NCBI GenBank assembly: GCA_026025075.1
Contig: JAPEUI010000044.1
Location: 1-64,000, forward strand
From: Vezdaea acicularis
Taxonomy: Eukaryota
Reading direction: 5' to 3'
Length of the DNA: 64,000 nt
Positions 11,601-27,541 of the stretch are shown one piece after another. A model generated the notes under the pieces. The model saw only the letters and a program-made list of their open reading frames with translations. It made no database searches and was not told the DNA's origin. The translations under genes were made by a program, and so were the position numbers. Numbering within the stretch: position 1 is the first letter of the stretch; each line of letters starts with the position of its first letter.

Positions 11601-14600
11601 GGGCTTGCCATTCTCAGGGACTCTCGGGTACATCGTAACGCCTATGGTAGCTTCGGAGGGGCCGTATCCATTATAGATACAGTTCTTTGGGCCCCATTTA
11701 TCGATAATTTCACGTTGAAGTTGTTCACCACCAGTGATAAATACTCCTTTAGAGAGCATAGGAACCTCTTCAGGGCATAACTTCTTTGCCAGCGATGGAG
11801 TTAAGTCGATGTGGGTTATTTTAAGCCGACGAATAGCTGCAGCTATGTCCTCGAATATCAGGTCTCGTGGCGCAGACGTAACACAAATCCCAACGCTCCA
11901 GCTCCAATATTGTTCCATAACACTGACATCGAAGTGGAAGGATGCAAATTGAAGAAAACGCGAATTCGTATCCCAATGACCTTTGAAGACACGTTGGAAG
12001 GCAAGCATAAATTGAACAGCATTTTCATGCGATATCAAGCAGCCCTTCGGCGTTCCTGTTGTACCGGAGGTGTAGATACAATAGCAAATACTAGAAGGCG
12101 CAAGAACTTGGTCTGATGGACTGAGACCTGGTATTTGAAAAGAAATCGAAGCTTTGGTTTGGCGGTCGTCCAGAGCAATGACAGGGATAGAGACTGATTG
12201 AAAGGCTTCGCTAAGGTCTTTGGTTGTAAAGAGAAGCATTGCTCGTGAGTCTGCAATGATGAAGTTGCGCCGTTCTGGTGGACTTCCAGGATCGATAGCG
12301 ACGTAAGCGCATCCAGCTTTCAGTATACCAAGAATCGCAAAAGACGCCTCAGGACATTTGTTGAAACACACTGAAATTAGATTTCCGGGCCCAATTGATC
12401 TAGATCTGAGCAGTGACGCAATCTTTTCTCCCTCTTCATTCAGCTGAGCATAGGTCCATTTCTCTTTGATGACCCTCTCACCTTCAAACGCGGTCGCAAA
12501 CTCAAACGCTATTTTACGGGGAATTTTCTGCGTCTGAAGCTCAACAAACCCATGTAAACAAGTCACCTCAGACGGGATTTTCGAAACACTTGCAGGCGTG
12601 ACAGCCAAGAGATTGCTCGGTAGTGATGTAAATTCTGATGCGACGGAGTTCGAGTTCGACAAAGTATCGATCAGAGTACCTTCGAATTGAGCAAGTAGAA
12701 GTTCAGAAGCTTGACGAGGCACTCTATCCTCCCTTGCCGTAATCTGTAGCTCAAGCCTTCCCACTCCATCACTGAGATTTTTGGGAATAATCTCTATTGA
12801 AATTACGTACTCAGCAGTCGCTTTTTCGTTTACAACAACCCAAGGCCAGCTTCGCTCAAATGTACTATCAACTGTTTTCTGATATGCGAAAAGTGTGTCA
12901 AATAGAACTTCGTGTTGGTGACCACTCCATTGACTGATCTTGCTAAGAGGCGTGAATTGGTGCTTCGTAATGTCTAGATTCTTAGCCATCATCTGGTTCA
13001 AAAGGTCCTTGTTTCTCCCCTCGTTAAGACCATTTTCTGCGCCTATATGGGCTGAGATTGGAAGGCTGGTGACAGTTGGAAACACGGCATCCTGAGCTGA
13101 ATAAAGGTTCCTGCGTCCGGAAAAGACGGTTCCAAACGTGACTGTCGAATCGCCGAGATATGCTGATAATAAACGTGCCCAAGCAGCTTGGCCGGCTGCC
13201 AGCATAGTCACCTCCTCCTTCTTGCACATACCCTCAAAATCTATCAGACTCAAAGCACAGATTCGAGAGACCGTGTTCGTTGCATCTGATGATACCTGCA
13301 GAGGATTAAGGTCAGGAAATCTCCTCATTGCCATATCTTTTCCTGTTTTATGCCAGAATCGTCTTGTGTCGTCCGTTTGATCCAAAGAACGTCTAAGGAT
13401 CTCTCCTAGAGCGGGCGCCACAGGCACTGCTGGGAGAAGTACCACGTTTGTGTATGCTCTACCGACGTCATCCAGGATTAGATGAAGCGACTCGCCATCA
13501 TAAAGAGCGTGATGTGCAAAGAATTGTACGGTTATTTGGCTTTTGGACGGTATAATGACCAGACGCCAAGCTGGGCGATGGAGACTGCGCATGATACTGG
13601 CTGTGCAACGCTTGGCCTGTTCACGGAGCCCCACATATGGTCCGATTGAATCGCTGAGAGCTTCGCATGGGAGGTCGGCAGCATCAGCAGAATACGTTAT
13701 CATCGCAAACTGAAACTCAGAGTCATTGACAGGAGCAAACCCGGTCCGTAGCATCTGATGCTTCATAAAAACAGCCTTCCAGGCCATTTTGATATTTTGA
13801 AGGCTGCCAGCAGAACGCTCAAGCTTCATTTCAAGACCGTTACAATACATGGAACCTTCTGAATGCAAGAACTGAGCAATCATTCCCGCTTGTATGGCCG
13901 TGCAGGGCCAAATGGACTCAATATCTTGTTCCCTCAGGTCGAATAGAGTACATGTTTTGGTACGAAATTTCTTGTCGAAGCCTTCCACATCGAATAAAGC
14001 CATCTCATCGAAGACATCTGTAGGTTGCGCTGAAGCAAATCTTGCCAACTGTCTGACCGTAGGGTTCTATGAGGCGTCAGCGATTATCTGCTAGATCCCT
14101 GAATGAAACGTCTCACATCCAGAACGGAGAAAACATCGACACCATTATATCCATGGTCCCGAAGCTGCTGGGATAAGGATATTGCAGATAAAGAATCTAA
14201 GCCAAGACGAAAAAATGAAGTATGGCGGTCGATTTTCCCCAATTGACATCCAATAATAGCACTGACTAGCTCTGCAATTTCTTTCTCTAGGGTTGTCCAT
14301 TCTGCATTCTCTCCTCTTTGGCCATATCCTTCGTCGAGCTCCACCTGGTGGTCTGAAATCTCTTTTTGACTGTCAAATCCTAAGGAGCTCAGGATATTTG
14401 CTCGTCTGACACGGACGCCTAATTCCTCGTCCAAGATTTCACTACTCTCATGCTCAACCTCAGATTTTGGCTCATTCTCGTATGCATCTTGACTTCTCTT
14501 GGACTCTTCATATGTTGATACTAATTGCTTGGTATCGACCTTACCAGAAGGGAGACGCGGCACATCTTGAAGGAGTACAATATCACTAGGGATCATGTAG

Positions 14601-16160
14601 GATGGAAGCCATTGCCTGCATGACTCTAGCACTTCGGTGGCTGTCACCCTGGGCTCTGTAACACAGAAAGTCACGAGGATGCTGTCGACGACCGCTGCTG
14701 TGGCGTTGAATACCCCTTCCATGCGGCATATAGCTTGTTCAATCTCGCCAAGTTCAATTCGCTGTCCTCTTAATTTGATCTGGCGAGAATCCATTCTACC
14801 TAGAAAATCGATTGACCCGTCAGGCATTATTCGAGCCTTATCGCCAGTACGATAGTATCGACCGTACTTCTGACTACCTATAAATGCCAGAGATGTCTGC
14901 TCAGGACGGTTGAGATATCCATCAGCAACTTGGTAGCCGCCAATGGCAAGTTCCCCTACTTCTCCGAGTGGAAGAGCCTCCATTTCCATGATCTCGTTAG
15001 GATCAGAAGCTATTGGGGCAAGAATCAAGGCTGTGACAGTACTGAAGGGTATTCCGATGTTGCTGACTGGAGAGTCTGAAAGCATATTACCCGCAATAGT
15101 GCATTGCACTGCGGCCTAGGGCGTGTCAAAATAACCTTCTTATAGTTTGACAGTGTGGTTGATATTTTTAATACACCAACATACATACCTCTGTTGGTCC
15201 GTACATTCCGTGTAGTATGCCGGGGCATTCTGCAGAACCGCCGAACTCCTTCACGACAGGCCTAGATAGCATTTCGCCAATCGTCAGCAAGACCTTCAAG
15301 CCTGGAACGTTCTTCCTCGTCTTTAAGAGGCTAGATACAACGGTGGGGGTGAGCTCTGCTCCATCGATGCCCATTTGGTTGATGACTGCAGGTAAGTTGC
15401 TCAGTAAATCGACCCGATTGCAAGCAATAAGGGTTGAGCCTCGATAAAGAGTGAAAAAGATCTCGAAGACAGACACATCAAAGGTAAGGGCCGCAAACTG
15501 CAGAAAGCGACAAGAATATGGAACATGTGGCTCTTGTGCTAAAAGAGATTGTGTCACGGCAAGGTGTGATACTTGTACGCCTTTAGGAGTCCCTGTGGAT
15601 CCAGACGTATACATCACATATGCTGTACTCTCTGGTGTTGCTGTATACATTAGCGCTTTTGCTGGAGGCGATGTAGGCTCAGGGCACCCAAAGATAGTAT
15701 CATCCACAACCACGATATCTGGGCCATTCTCCCATTCCACTTTCTCTCTCAGTGCAGAAGAAGTAATCACGACTAGCCCGTTGACATCGCCGATCAGATA
15801 TCTAAGACGATCTGGTGGGGCGTCCAAGCTCATTGGACAAAACGCGGCACCAGCTTTTAGAATTGCAAGCAGTGTAACGTAGAGCTCCGGGCATTGTGGA
15901 AGAAGGACCGGTATGATGGGCGTAGGAGAACCGTGGCTGGGTCTAACTTGCTGCAGAGCAGCGACTATGCTAGCTGCAAATGCTGATGCAGCTGCGTGCA
16001 GGGTTCCGTAGGAATAGCATTCTCTTCTCCCACCAAGCGCTAGAAATTCTAGAGCGCATTCCTTGCTCGTGGCATGTTGGTCCAACAAGTGGTGGAGCAA
16101 CCTGGGACCAGGCAGAAGCTTTGGAAATGGATTCAAGACCGAAAGCTTACTCTGCGCCAT
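5675..16160 (-). CDS. sidC: Ferrichrome-family siderophore NRPS (SidC/NPS2-like), ~3400 aa, 6 exons; architecture A-T(truncated)-T-C-A-T-C-T-C-T-C
   Basis: Two A domains (YTSGSTGTPKG/YGPTE/YRTGD/LPSGK and YTSGTTGTPKG/NGYGPSE/YRTGD/NNK). T motifs LGFDS, LGLDS, IGLDS, LGLDS, LGLDS. C motifs HHALYDG, VHALYDG, AHALYDG, HHALYDG. GT-AG introns at ~15188-15117, ~14116-14067, 10753-10703, ~9478-9421 and ~7720-7675 join the ORFs in frame. Divergent from sidA. Confidence 0.93.
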
Positions 16161-16527
16161 TGCTAACGCAGGAATAATGCACGGAGAGATTAAAAGCGCA
16201 ACGTTTTAAATGATGTAGAGTTCATGCAGTCGCCCAGAAAGCTTGCGAGGTTCTTCAGCGATCCCTATTACACAGAGTAGCCATATAAGTACATTGGAGG
16301 GCATGCTGAGGTGAACCGGTAGCTTAGGCTGGATCGTAACATATCGTTGGAACAACAATCTGAACTGCCACGAGTGCAGAAAAAGAAGTAAGCAATGAGA
16401 TGGCAAGACGACTTGGCGTGCATTCAACCCACGTCACGAGAATGGAAACATGGGGCGCGGAGGGGAGATCTAGACTGAAAACGGAATGACATGCCAGCGC
16501 TAGTCTGATTTGTGGGGTGCTCGTGCA

Positions 16528-16566
16528 TTATCTCCAGATCAGATAACTTTGATCAGCGCTGATTGG
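16528..16566. promoter_or_regulatory. Iron-regulatory element: SreA-type ATCWGATAA site, a second inverted GATA site and a CCAAT box in the sidC/sidA bidirectional promoter
   Basis: ATCAGATAA at 16538-16546 matches the SreA consensus ATCWGATAA. TTATCT (AGATAA on the minus strand) at 16528-16533. ATTGG (CCAAT on the minus strand) at 16562-16566. Confidence 0.7.
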
Positions 16567-16795
16567 CGAATCACCTCCGATCTCCGGATCCGTCTTTAAG
16601 TGCCACTTGTGAACGCGATCATGACGATTAACGACTATTCCCCAAACGCGGTTACACGTCCGTCTCAATCCTCTTCCTATAGAAATTTGCGCAAACTGCA
16701 TGAACCTTGTTTACGTGCCTTCGATTCTACAGAGTCACTTGAAGAATGGCGGCCAGTAATTATAAAATAGCGCATTTCCGCAAGCATGACGTTGA

Positions 16796-18489
<1,694 letters not shown>

Positions 18490-19127
18490 GCCTAAGGGCT
18501 AGGGACCAACTATTCATGAGGATTTCAGTCTCTAAGACGCCGAAAGTCTATTGTATGTCATGTATATCTTTCTTGTGGAAGGTCACGTTTGGTACACCAC
18601 TACGAATCAAAAGCTTGTGGTCCAGAACCTCACGCTCAGAAGACTCCGAAATGCAATCGTGAGAACCTTGCCCATTTTGCGGACTAACTGTTCATGATCT
18701 TGGACAATCTTATCTCGACCCGAGAAGTCCGATTCTCTTTTCTTCAGGGTTGTAATCGTCCACAGAAAAGCTTTGATCTCTCTATTTCATTTATAAAGTA
18801 CGTCCTCGGCAACGGAGCCCAGTACACAAGGCCTAAATGATTTAAAATGCTATGAAACTGAGCCGGTCACCCAATACTCCTTTTAAAACAGAATGACTCG
18901 GTCAGATAATATATACAATTAAATTTCAAAAGTTCTCCGGTATAAGCTGGAGCCTGATTGATAGCTACTCGGGCTTAGCGGATTCATGCAGCCTTAAGCA
19001 ACCGTGCGGACCTTCTTCCGAAATATTTTGTTCCGACGCGATATTCTCGACTAAGCCCTCGAGATCTGCAGACCACGACTAGTCTTTCGTTTCAGGAAGG
19101 ATCTTTCGTAGATCTTGAATAATCATC

Positions 19128-20740
<1,613 letters not shown>

Positions 20741-20996
20741 CGATGACGCCCGTCACGACCTTTCCTTCCGTCTTTCTCCACAGATCGGCATGGCATTACA
20801 AGAGCGGGCATTGCGCAGCGATTTGAATAGACACTGGCTAATGAAGTGAAGAAACTCTGTTCTATAATTTGTGAATCTCTGATATATCATCTCGATGAAT
20901 GAGAACATTCTCTGGATCCTCAAAAGTTATCACCCTCACCACCATGCCCTGGATTCAACATCCGTGCCTAGTACTCCACACCTCTGAAGACAGTAT

Positions 20997-21947
20997 TCAG
21001 AAGGTAGTAATCATGTCTTTCTTTGAGGTACCCTTTTTCTCTTGCTTCTTCTTCTCTTCTTCCTTGCACACTTGCTCTCTAACTCTCATCAACGCTACCC
21101 CCAACAAATTCATACCCCATTTTCCCCTACTCGCCCTCGACGCATCTTTTGCGCTCAAGCCAATGCCCCAAATCCTGTCGTACGGACTTGCCTACGCGCC
21201 CATGTCAGCCACTTTTTGACTCTATATCTCCACTCTCCAAAAACCTACTCACTTCAACGATTTCTCTTTCTCCGGTGCCCATCAAGACTTCCTTCCTCCT
21301 ATCCACCTCCCCATCGGTGGCCTGCGTGAACTTCAATAGGTTCCCGCGCTCTACAATCTTCAATCTGTGCTCGTTCCAGACCTTATCGCTGAAATTTGGA
21401 ATCTGGCGTCCAAGCGCTTTCTGCTCCCGCGGATCGGACGTCTCGAGAATGGCTTGCGTCGTGGGGTGCTCGGCGCTGCTGAAGAGTAGCGCTTTGCCGT
21501 ACATCATGTACCTGTCAATAGGTGATGGTCAGTGGCCACAAGGGGCGAGGTGAACGGGGGGGAAAGGTGGTCTTAGTCTTGCTCAGGGAGGAGGATAGGT
21601 GGGATCAGAGGTGTAGACTCGAGATGGGTGACGGGTAACGGTGTAGACATAGGAGATAACGGAGGCTCGTGCATCACGCGCAAGTGATTAGATATCTACA
21701 TCGCTATTGAAGTGGAGGGTCTTAATTACTGTTCCGCCGTCTCGAACACTATCCCCGGCTTCTCGGGGTCCTCGAATGGAGTATGCGCCCATTGCGAGAA
21801 GACGCCGTAGGGCTCCTCCGTCTGGCGCCAGAAATAGATCGGAGACTCCTCGTCCGTCGTAGCTCCTGCAGCTGTGGGCGTGTCTTTAGAGGCCTGATGC
21901 TTCACCTTGGACTTAGTCTCGGCTTTGTCCTTCTTGGGCGGGGCCAT
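20997..21947 (-). CDS. NADAR (YbiA/DUF1768) family N-glycosidase, 3 exons
   Basis: IYFW...YGVFSQW, FETAEQ/YMMYGKALLF, DPREQKALGRQI, GNLLKF, IVE/ASPYDRIWGIG, GMNLLGVALMRVRE. Introns ~21729-21512 and ~21252-21192. Confidence 0.9.
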
Positions 21948-22439
21948 GGCTTTTGTTGATGGTACTGCAGAACTTGACAACGGAGACAGCGGTAGGGGGC
22001 ATAGGTAAAAGAGCGTAATCATGCAGTAATAATAGAACGTTGATACAGACAGTATGAAAAGAGAAAATGCTCAACCCCCCCCGGTGGAAATACCCAGCGC
22101 AAGTAACTTCAGACGTTGTAGGTACCACCTTTGCCTTTATGTATTCCACCCACTACCTCCTCGATACCATGGACGCAGCTAGAGAAGAGTCAGCGCGTGT
22201 GAATCACGCGCACGATGCGTCAGTGGGCGTATAGGAAAGTTGGATCCTACACGAGACTCTCTCTGTGAGAAAGGACGGGGAGTGGGTCGACTAGCTACAG
22301 CATCTGACTCATCCTCGAGTGAAGCTCGTCTTAACACCGCCACCTCACCTCAACTTCATGAAGCCAAAAAGGTCGGAATTTGACCTGTATTATGTTGTTG
22401 AAATATATACAGCGTTAAGAGACCCAATCCTCACCTACA

Positions 22440-22511
22440 GGGCGTGTGGCTCAGTGGTAGAGCGTCCGCTTTGCATGCGGAAGGTCCAGGGTTCGATCCC
22501 CTGCCCGTCCA
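22440..22511 (+). tRNA. tRNA-Ala(UGC), intronless
   Basis: Acceptor stem GGGCGTG/CCCGTCC with the G3:U70 alanine identity pair, D-arm GCTCAGTGGTAGAGC, anticodon arm TCCGC-TT TGC AT-GCGGA, T-arm CAGGG TTCGATC CCCTG, discriminator A. T5 run at 22554-22558. Confidence 0.97.
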
Positions 22512-22866
22512 CTGAGTTCGATGGTGTTTCTTTCATGAATATTTCAACGATTCTTTTTGGTATCTTTGGGCAAGCTATTCGACCTTTTTTGGCCTACGCA
22601 CCACATCTCCAGTTTATTTGGTGGGTTCACGACATTTACTTTGTAGCTTTTTGGGTTGTGGGATGCACCTCGTTTCTGGGGGATGATGTCTCATGTTCGT
22701 TGATATTAGATGATTTTCACCGAGGGAAACCTCAGTTGTGAAGTTCAAAGTGAATTACGCTAACGTGGAAGATAGAGGGACTAGATATCATAACGCCAGC
22801 CTATGCGTCCCCCCACGTTGAAAATGCTTGACATCAGAGTTTACTTCGAGTTCATGTGCGGCCGCT

Positions 22867-24188
22867 TCAATCGACAACCTCCCCTTCCTCTTCACCTTCC
22901 TCGCCAGTGCCGCCTTCTTGCTGTCTGCTACTGCTACCACCCCCCTCGCCTTGAACTACCTCCTCTACCTCTTTCGTCGCAACCGCAGCTTCCGCTAAGG
23001 CTTCGACCTCCGCTGTGCGCTGTCTCTTTGCTGGCGGCGACGACGGCGGGTTCTCAGAAGACGACCTCTCCCATGCTGGCTTCCTCTTCGGCGTCCCGGT
23101 CCCATTCGCGGCACCCTTTCCATCCAGCAGTGGCAGTTTTTCTCTTGTGCCCTCTCCATCTATGCTTCCCTCCCTGAGCACTCTTGCGACTTTCAGTTCG
23201 CTCGCCTCGCTATTCTGGCTATCCTCGCTCCCGGCGCTCCCCTCCCGCTTCTCCCTCGTCTGCCTCGTCTCTTGCGCCTTCGCCTCCGCAAGCATCTCCT
23301 CATGGTCCAGCAGCTCCTCCCCGGCCTCGGGCGTGCGAGCATACTCGTTCTCGCTCGTCCGTTTTAACACCGTGTTCTCGTAGAAGTCTGCCATGTCGTT
23401 ACACGCGCGCCGTATGTCGCGCAGACTCACGCCCATCTCGTCCCACCACGGCCGACCGCCCTCCCCATCCGGATACTTCACTCCGCAGCTCCTTGCGGCG
23501 AAGTAGACGGCCGCGGCCGAGATCTCGGCGGGCGTGTAGCGCAGGCACATGGTGGTCAGGCAGCTGTCCGAGATGAAGGCCCACGAGACGTTGCGCACCT
23601 TCTTGTTGTCCTTCTGCTTGAGCGCGACGAGCTGGTCGTACAGGTCGATGTAGGGCGGGCGCACGCTCAGGTCGAAACAGAGCGCCTCGAGCAGCATGTC
23701 CTCGTTCGTCAGGATAGCATCGCGCCATTTCCAGTACTCCTTCGACTGCTCGTCGATCTCTAGGACGGGGTTCTTCTGCGCAATGCGGCAGCAGGCGATG
23801 ACGAGGGGTTTCATCGCCCGCACGTTCTCTTCGACTTTGGTCGCGAGGTATAGAGATGTTGCGGCGATAGTCTGTTGCGTCGGAGTAATGATTAGCTAGA
23901 GCTGTGCAGAGGCAGAATCGGGAGCAAGGGAGGGGCACGAACGTAATAGTGCACGCCTCCGTGCTTCTCGCTCATCGAGTGCCGCACGAAGAAGCGGTGC
24001 AGGAACACGCTAGCGGTTGCGAGTGTGTACTGGGGGAGCTTGAGCATGATGCCGACCTGAGTGATGAAGTTCACGCCCTTGGCGCGGCCTTCGCGCTCGC
24101 TCTCGACGCTGAAGCCATCCATGATACTGGGGGTTTGGAGAAGCTCCTCTGGCGTGAAGAGCCATTGCGAGCTATCAGGTTCTGGCAT
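22867..24188 (-). CDS. Transcription cyclin (cyclin T/K, Pch1/Bur2-like), 2 exons
   Basis: QWLFTPEELLQTPS, RAKGVNFITQVGIMLKLPQYTLATASVFLHRFF, IAATSLYLATKVEEN, EDMLLEALCFDL. Intron ~23943-23873. Confidence 0.9.
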
Positions 24189-24965
24189 GATGTGAAGTTG
24201 CTGCAGATTAGGTGTTTGAGGAGGGCTTAAGCTCGAGGACTGGGATGTATGAGGTTTGGTTGGGACTGTGAAAGAAAATGGCTTATATGCGGAATGGTCT
24301 TTTGGAGATCTGCTGTAGAAGGTGGAGCTGTGACTAGAGGATTGTAGTGGGAGGCGCACAGACAGGGAATAATGTAGTGAAAACGAAAGAAGGAAAGAAG
24401 TCTTAAACTCGACCTTCACATTTGAATGAGAGTGACAGCGATACGCCAGCGACCACTTGTGTTGAAATGAAGTTTGGATTCCCTACGTCGAAGAGCTCCG
24501 TATCGCGGGACGAATGGGGAGAAATTCCGCTTCGCGATCTCGGATCTTGCCGTGGCTCTATAGGGACAATGCCTTGACAATACGGGCAACACCATTCTAG
24601 TGGTGCCATTGTAATCGCACATTTACATTCACGAATACATCGAAGCGCAACTACTCAAAGCAAGTATGACTAGCATGTAGATTCTGTGGAATTGCATCCC
24701 CTTTTCGCAGGGTAATACCACGATAGCCTTACAGTCTATTTTCCAGTTACACATTGTGCTCCCAATGCGTCAAAGCAAGCTACATTGACCATCTTGACTA
24801 TCTTACGTCCATCGTGACTGAAGCTCTGGTCCTAAATTAGCGAATTCCCGATTGATGACTAAATCAGACGCCCGCCCATAGCCACCTCGAGCGCGAACTG
24901 CTCATAGAAAATGCCTGAATGAAACACGAGACTATGATTACAAGCGAGCCTCCGGAGAAAGGGGT

Positions 24966-26739
24966 CTAAACAGCCTGGAAGCCAACCCTTAGTTTAGCAC
25001 GAGCGCCGTCCTGAGACTCGGTTCCCCAGCCCACACGCCAGGCGCGCTCTTTCTCTCTAGCCTCCATGAATGCTTCTAGACACGCAGGTGGAAGACAAGA
25101 GTACACCTCTTCGGAGACCTCACACAGGCCTTTAGAGTTGAAGTCGTACTCGTCGCTCGGATCGGAGATCGAGATTGGACCGTAGTAGGGAGTGGTGGGA
25201 GAGACGAACTGAGTGTCGACGATGGCGAAGTTGCGAGCATGTAGAGGATTGACACTTGTGAACATGGTGGGGCGTTCTCTATCTTCGGTGGTGGCCTCAT
25301 CTTCATCGTTGCCATTAGTCGTCAGAGCGCTGTAGCCATTTGTAAGAGTGTCGATGTCGCCGTTGGTTGCTAATTCGGGTTCAGAGGATGGCTCGATGAG
25401 CTCCCAGCGGGCGTGTGTGGGTTGGGTGTTTTTGGGGTATTGCATAGTATTCGTGTGAGGGTCATAGACACCGGAGTGGTTGTGGCGACGGGCAGCAGCC
25501 AGAGTTGCATTGAATCGGCTGGGAAATATATCGAGTTAGCTCCTGAATAGAGTATATGTTGAGCTCACAAAACATAGGCATACCTAGCTTCAAGAGCATG
25601 CTCGAGCATCCAATTCACATCAGTCACCACGACCTTTCGCTTCTTTGGGTCTACAACCTTGCCACTGGGCATTGGGACGCTTGGTACTCCAGTATGATAG
25701 ACGGAAGATGCGCCGTGCCAAGCAACGTATTGGTTCTTATTATAGGGTTCTCCAGGCTTGGGTAATTGGTCTTGAGGATCTGCGAGTTCTCCTTCGACCG
25801 CCCCCTCAGTTCGAGCGACTTCAACTTGATAATCGTCCGTGATTCTCTTTCCTCCTATAATGATGCGAGCTCCGAACTCACGGAAAACCGAACGTGCTGT
25901 GACTACACCGATAGAGCGACCTTTGTATGAATGCGGAATAAGATCACGATCGATCATGTCACGCTTGAGGTTGTCGTCGATGATGAGTTTGAACAGGAAG
26001 CGATGCTTCTGGAAGAAGAGGTAGCTGTCTCTGAAGCCGATGCACCGAGCGGGCTCAGTCGACAACATGTAAAGTTTGTCTCCCTTGCCAAGAAGGGTGA
26101 ACGTTCTGCACCGATAATCCCGTCCGCCTAGCAGATGCCCATTCTTGTCGACCTTTGTCTCGCCTTCAGGATCTTCGGGAAGGATCAGTTCATCGTCGAC
26201 GACGTCCATCATCGTCCCCTCCTTGTCTACAGCTACTTGAGTGACCTGGGCCGGCCCTCCGCCCTTCTTTCCCCACCTTCCACCCCCAGCGGCAGGCGGA
26301 CGACCCCGCCGTTTCTTTGGCGTTCCTGCGTCAGACCCCCCGTCGTCTGCGTTGTTGTCACCAGCGTCCCAGTCCGGCGGTTTGTTTTTAGGAGGACGTC
26401 CAAGACGTCTTTTTCGCGGTGGACTCTGCTGTACGGGGGCGGGCGTTGATCGTTCGGATTGAAGTGCAGAGTTCTGTGGCTGCGGAGTCTCGTCTCTAGC
26501 CGACTCAACGTCAGAAGCAGCAGCCTCCACATCTACCTCCATAGCTTCTTCTTCTTCTTCTTCGGAGTGTTCATTGCCTTCGTCAACCTGCGCCGTCGGT
26601 GTTCCTGTGTTCAAGGTCAGTTCACGTGTATCCGAGGCGTGCGCACGCACTTTCGCAGACGGCGTCTCAGCGAAGGGGCAGGGATCTCACTGAGCGAAGC
26701 TGCGGCAGCCTGAGCTGCAGCCCGTGGTCTTCTCCCCAT
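24966..26739 (-). CDS. NPL6: RSC/SWI-SNF chromatin remodelling subunit Npl6/Rsc7/Swp82
   Basis: DPEGETKVDKNGHLLGGRDYRCRTF, YMLSTEPAR, GFRDSYLFF, VTARSVFREFGA, YDPHTNTMQYP, plus AT-hook-like GRPP motifs. Start MGRRPRAAAQ at 26739 is inferred from an intron at ~26690-26605. Confidence 0.88.
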
Positions 26740-27541
26740 CCTATGCGGCTGCCGAACTTCAATGTCGTGAGGCCGGCAAACAAGAAAAGTCGAGAGGGCT
26801 CACACAAAGTCAGGGTTCAACACAAAGCGCGGAGGACGCGAGCACAAGTGGAAGAAACGAATGCGGAAAGGCGCGTGGTGGAATTGGAGCGGCAAGCGAG
26901 CATCTATGCGCCTCTGCCTATGCCCATGCAGCGGAGCAGCTGAGGCCGCCGCCGCATTATTGGGAAGATACATGCCCATGCGCCTGGCCATGTTGGATGA
27001 GTTGGATAAAGACGGACGGCGGAGCCCTAATCGCCCAAGTCGTCCACATTGCCCATCTCGCCCATTCCGCACGCCCATATCTTCGCCTCGCTGCCTGCCG
27101 ACCAAGGAAAACTGACCCGACAAAACTCATTTACTGCCAGCATTCACTGCCAGCACGGTTCCGGCCGACACACTTACAGGTCCACACTTTATTTTCCTTT
27201 CTTAAGCTTGCCTATGCTGCTCTCCCTCTCGTCTTCCCACCCACGTAGGCCCAAGATTACCAAATCCAACAGAGGCGGCCGTCTGCCCGACTTATAAAGC
27301 GCCCGATCGCCGTCCGCCGAAGACGCGGGTTCGGAATCTCGTCCCTTGCCCTCGGACCGCCGTCTTAGTCATTCGGAGCACACGAGGCTGTCGGTGTAGA
27401 GACGGGGGAAGACGGCTGTTGTTCGGCCTCGATTGAAGTCCCAAGGTTAAAAAGCCCGTCTCAACTCCCCTGGTCCGCCATTTACCCTCCTCATCCCTGG
27501 GGGTCCGCCGTCAGGGCGATTCTTGTGTCCTCGCCCGCGTC

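Noticed and set aside
5675..16160. NRPS as a fragmented pseudogene or several separate genes
   Set aside because: Every ORF break coincides with a canonical GT-AG intron that restores the frame.
16547..16566. Bipartite CBC-HapX motif (CSAAT-N12-RWT)
   Set aside because: The CCAAT is present, but the triplet at the required spacing reads AAG, not RWT.
21512..21729. Box C/D snoRNA in the long NADAR intron
   Set aside because: Only an imperfect C box (GTGATGC) with CTGA; no terminal stem or recognisable rRNA guide.
22319..22741. 140-aa ORF
   Set aside because: It overlaps the tRNA-Ala gene, starts at GTG and has no coding features.
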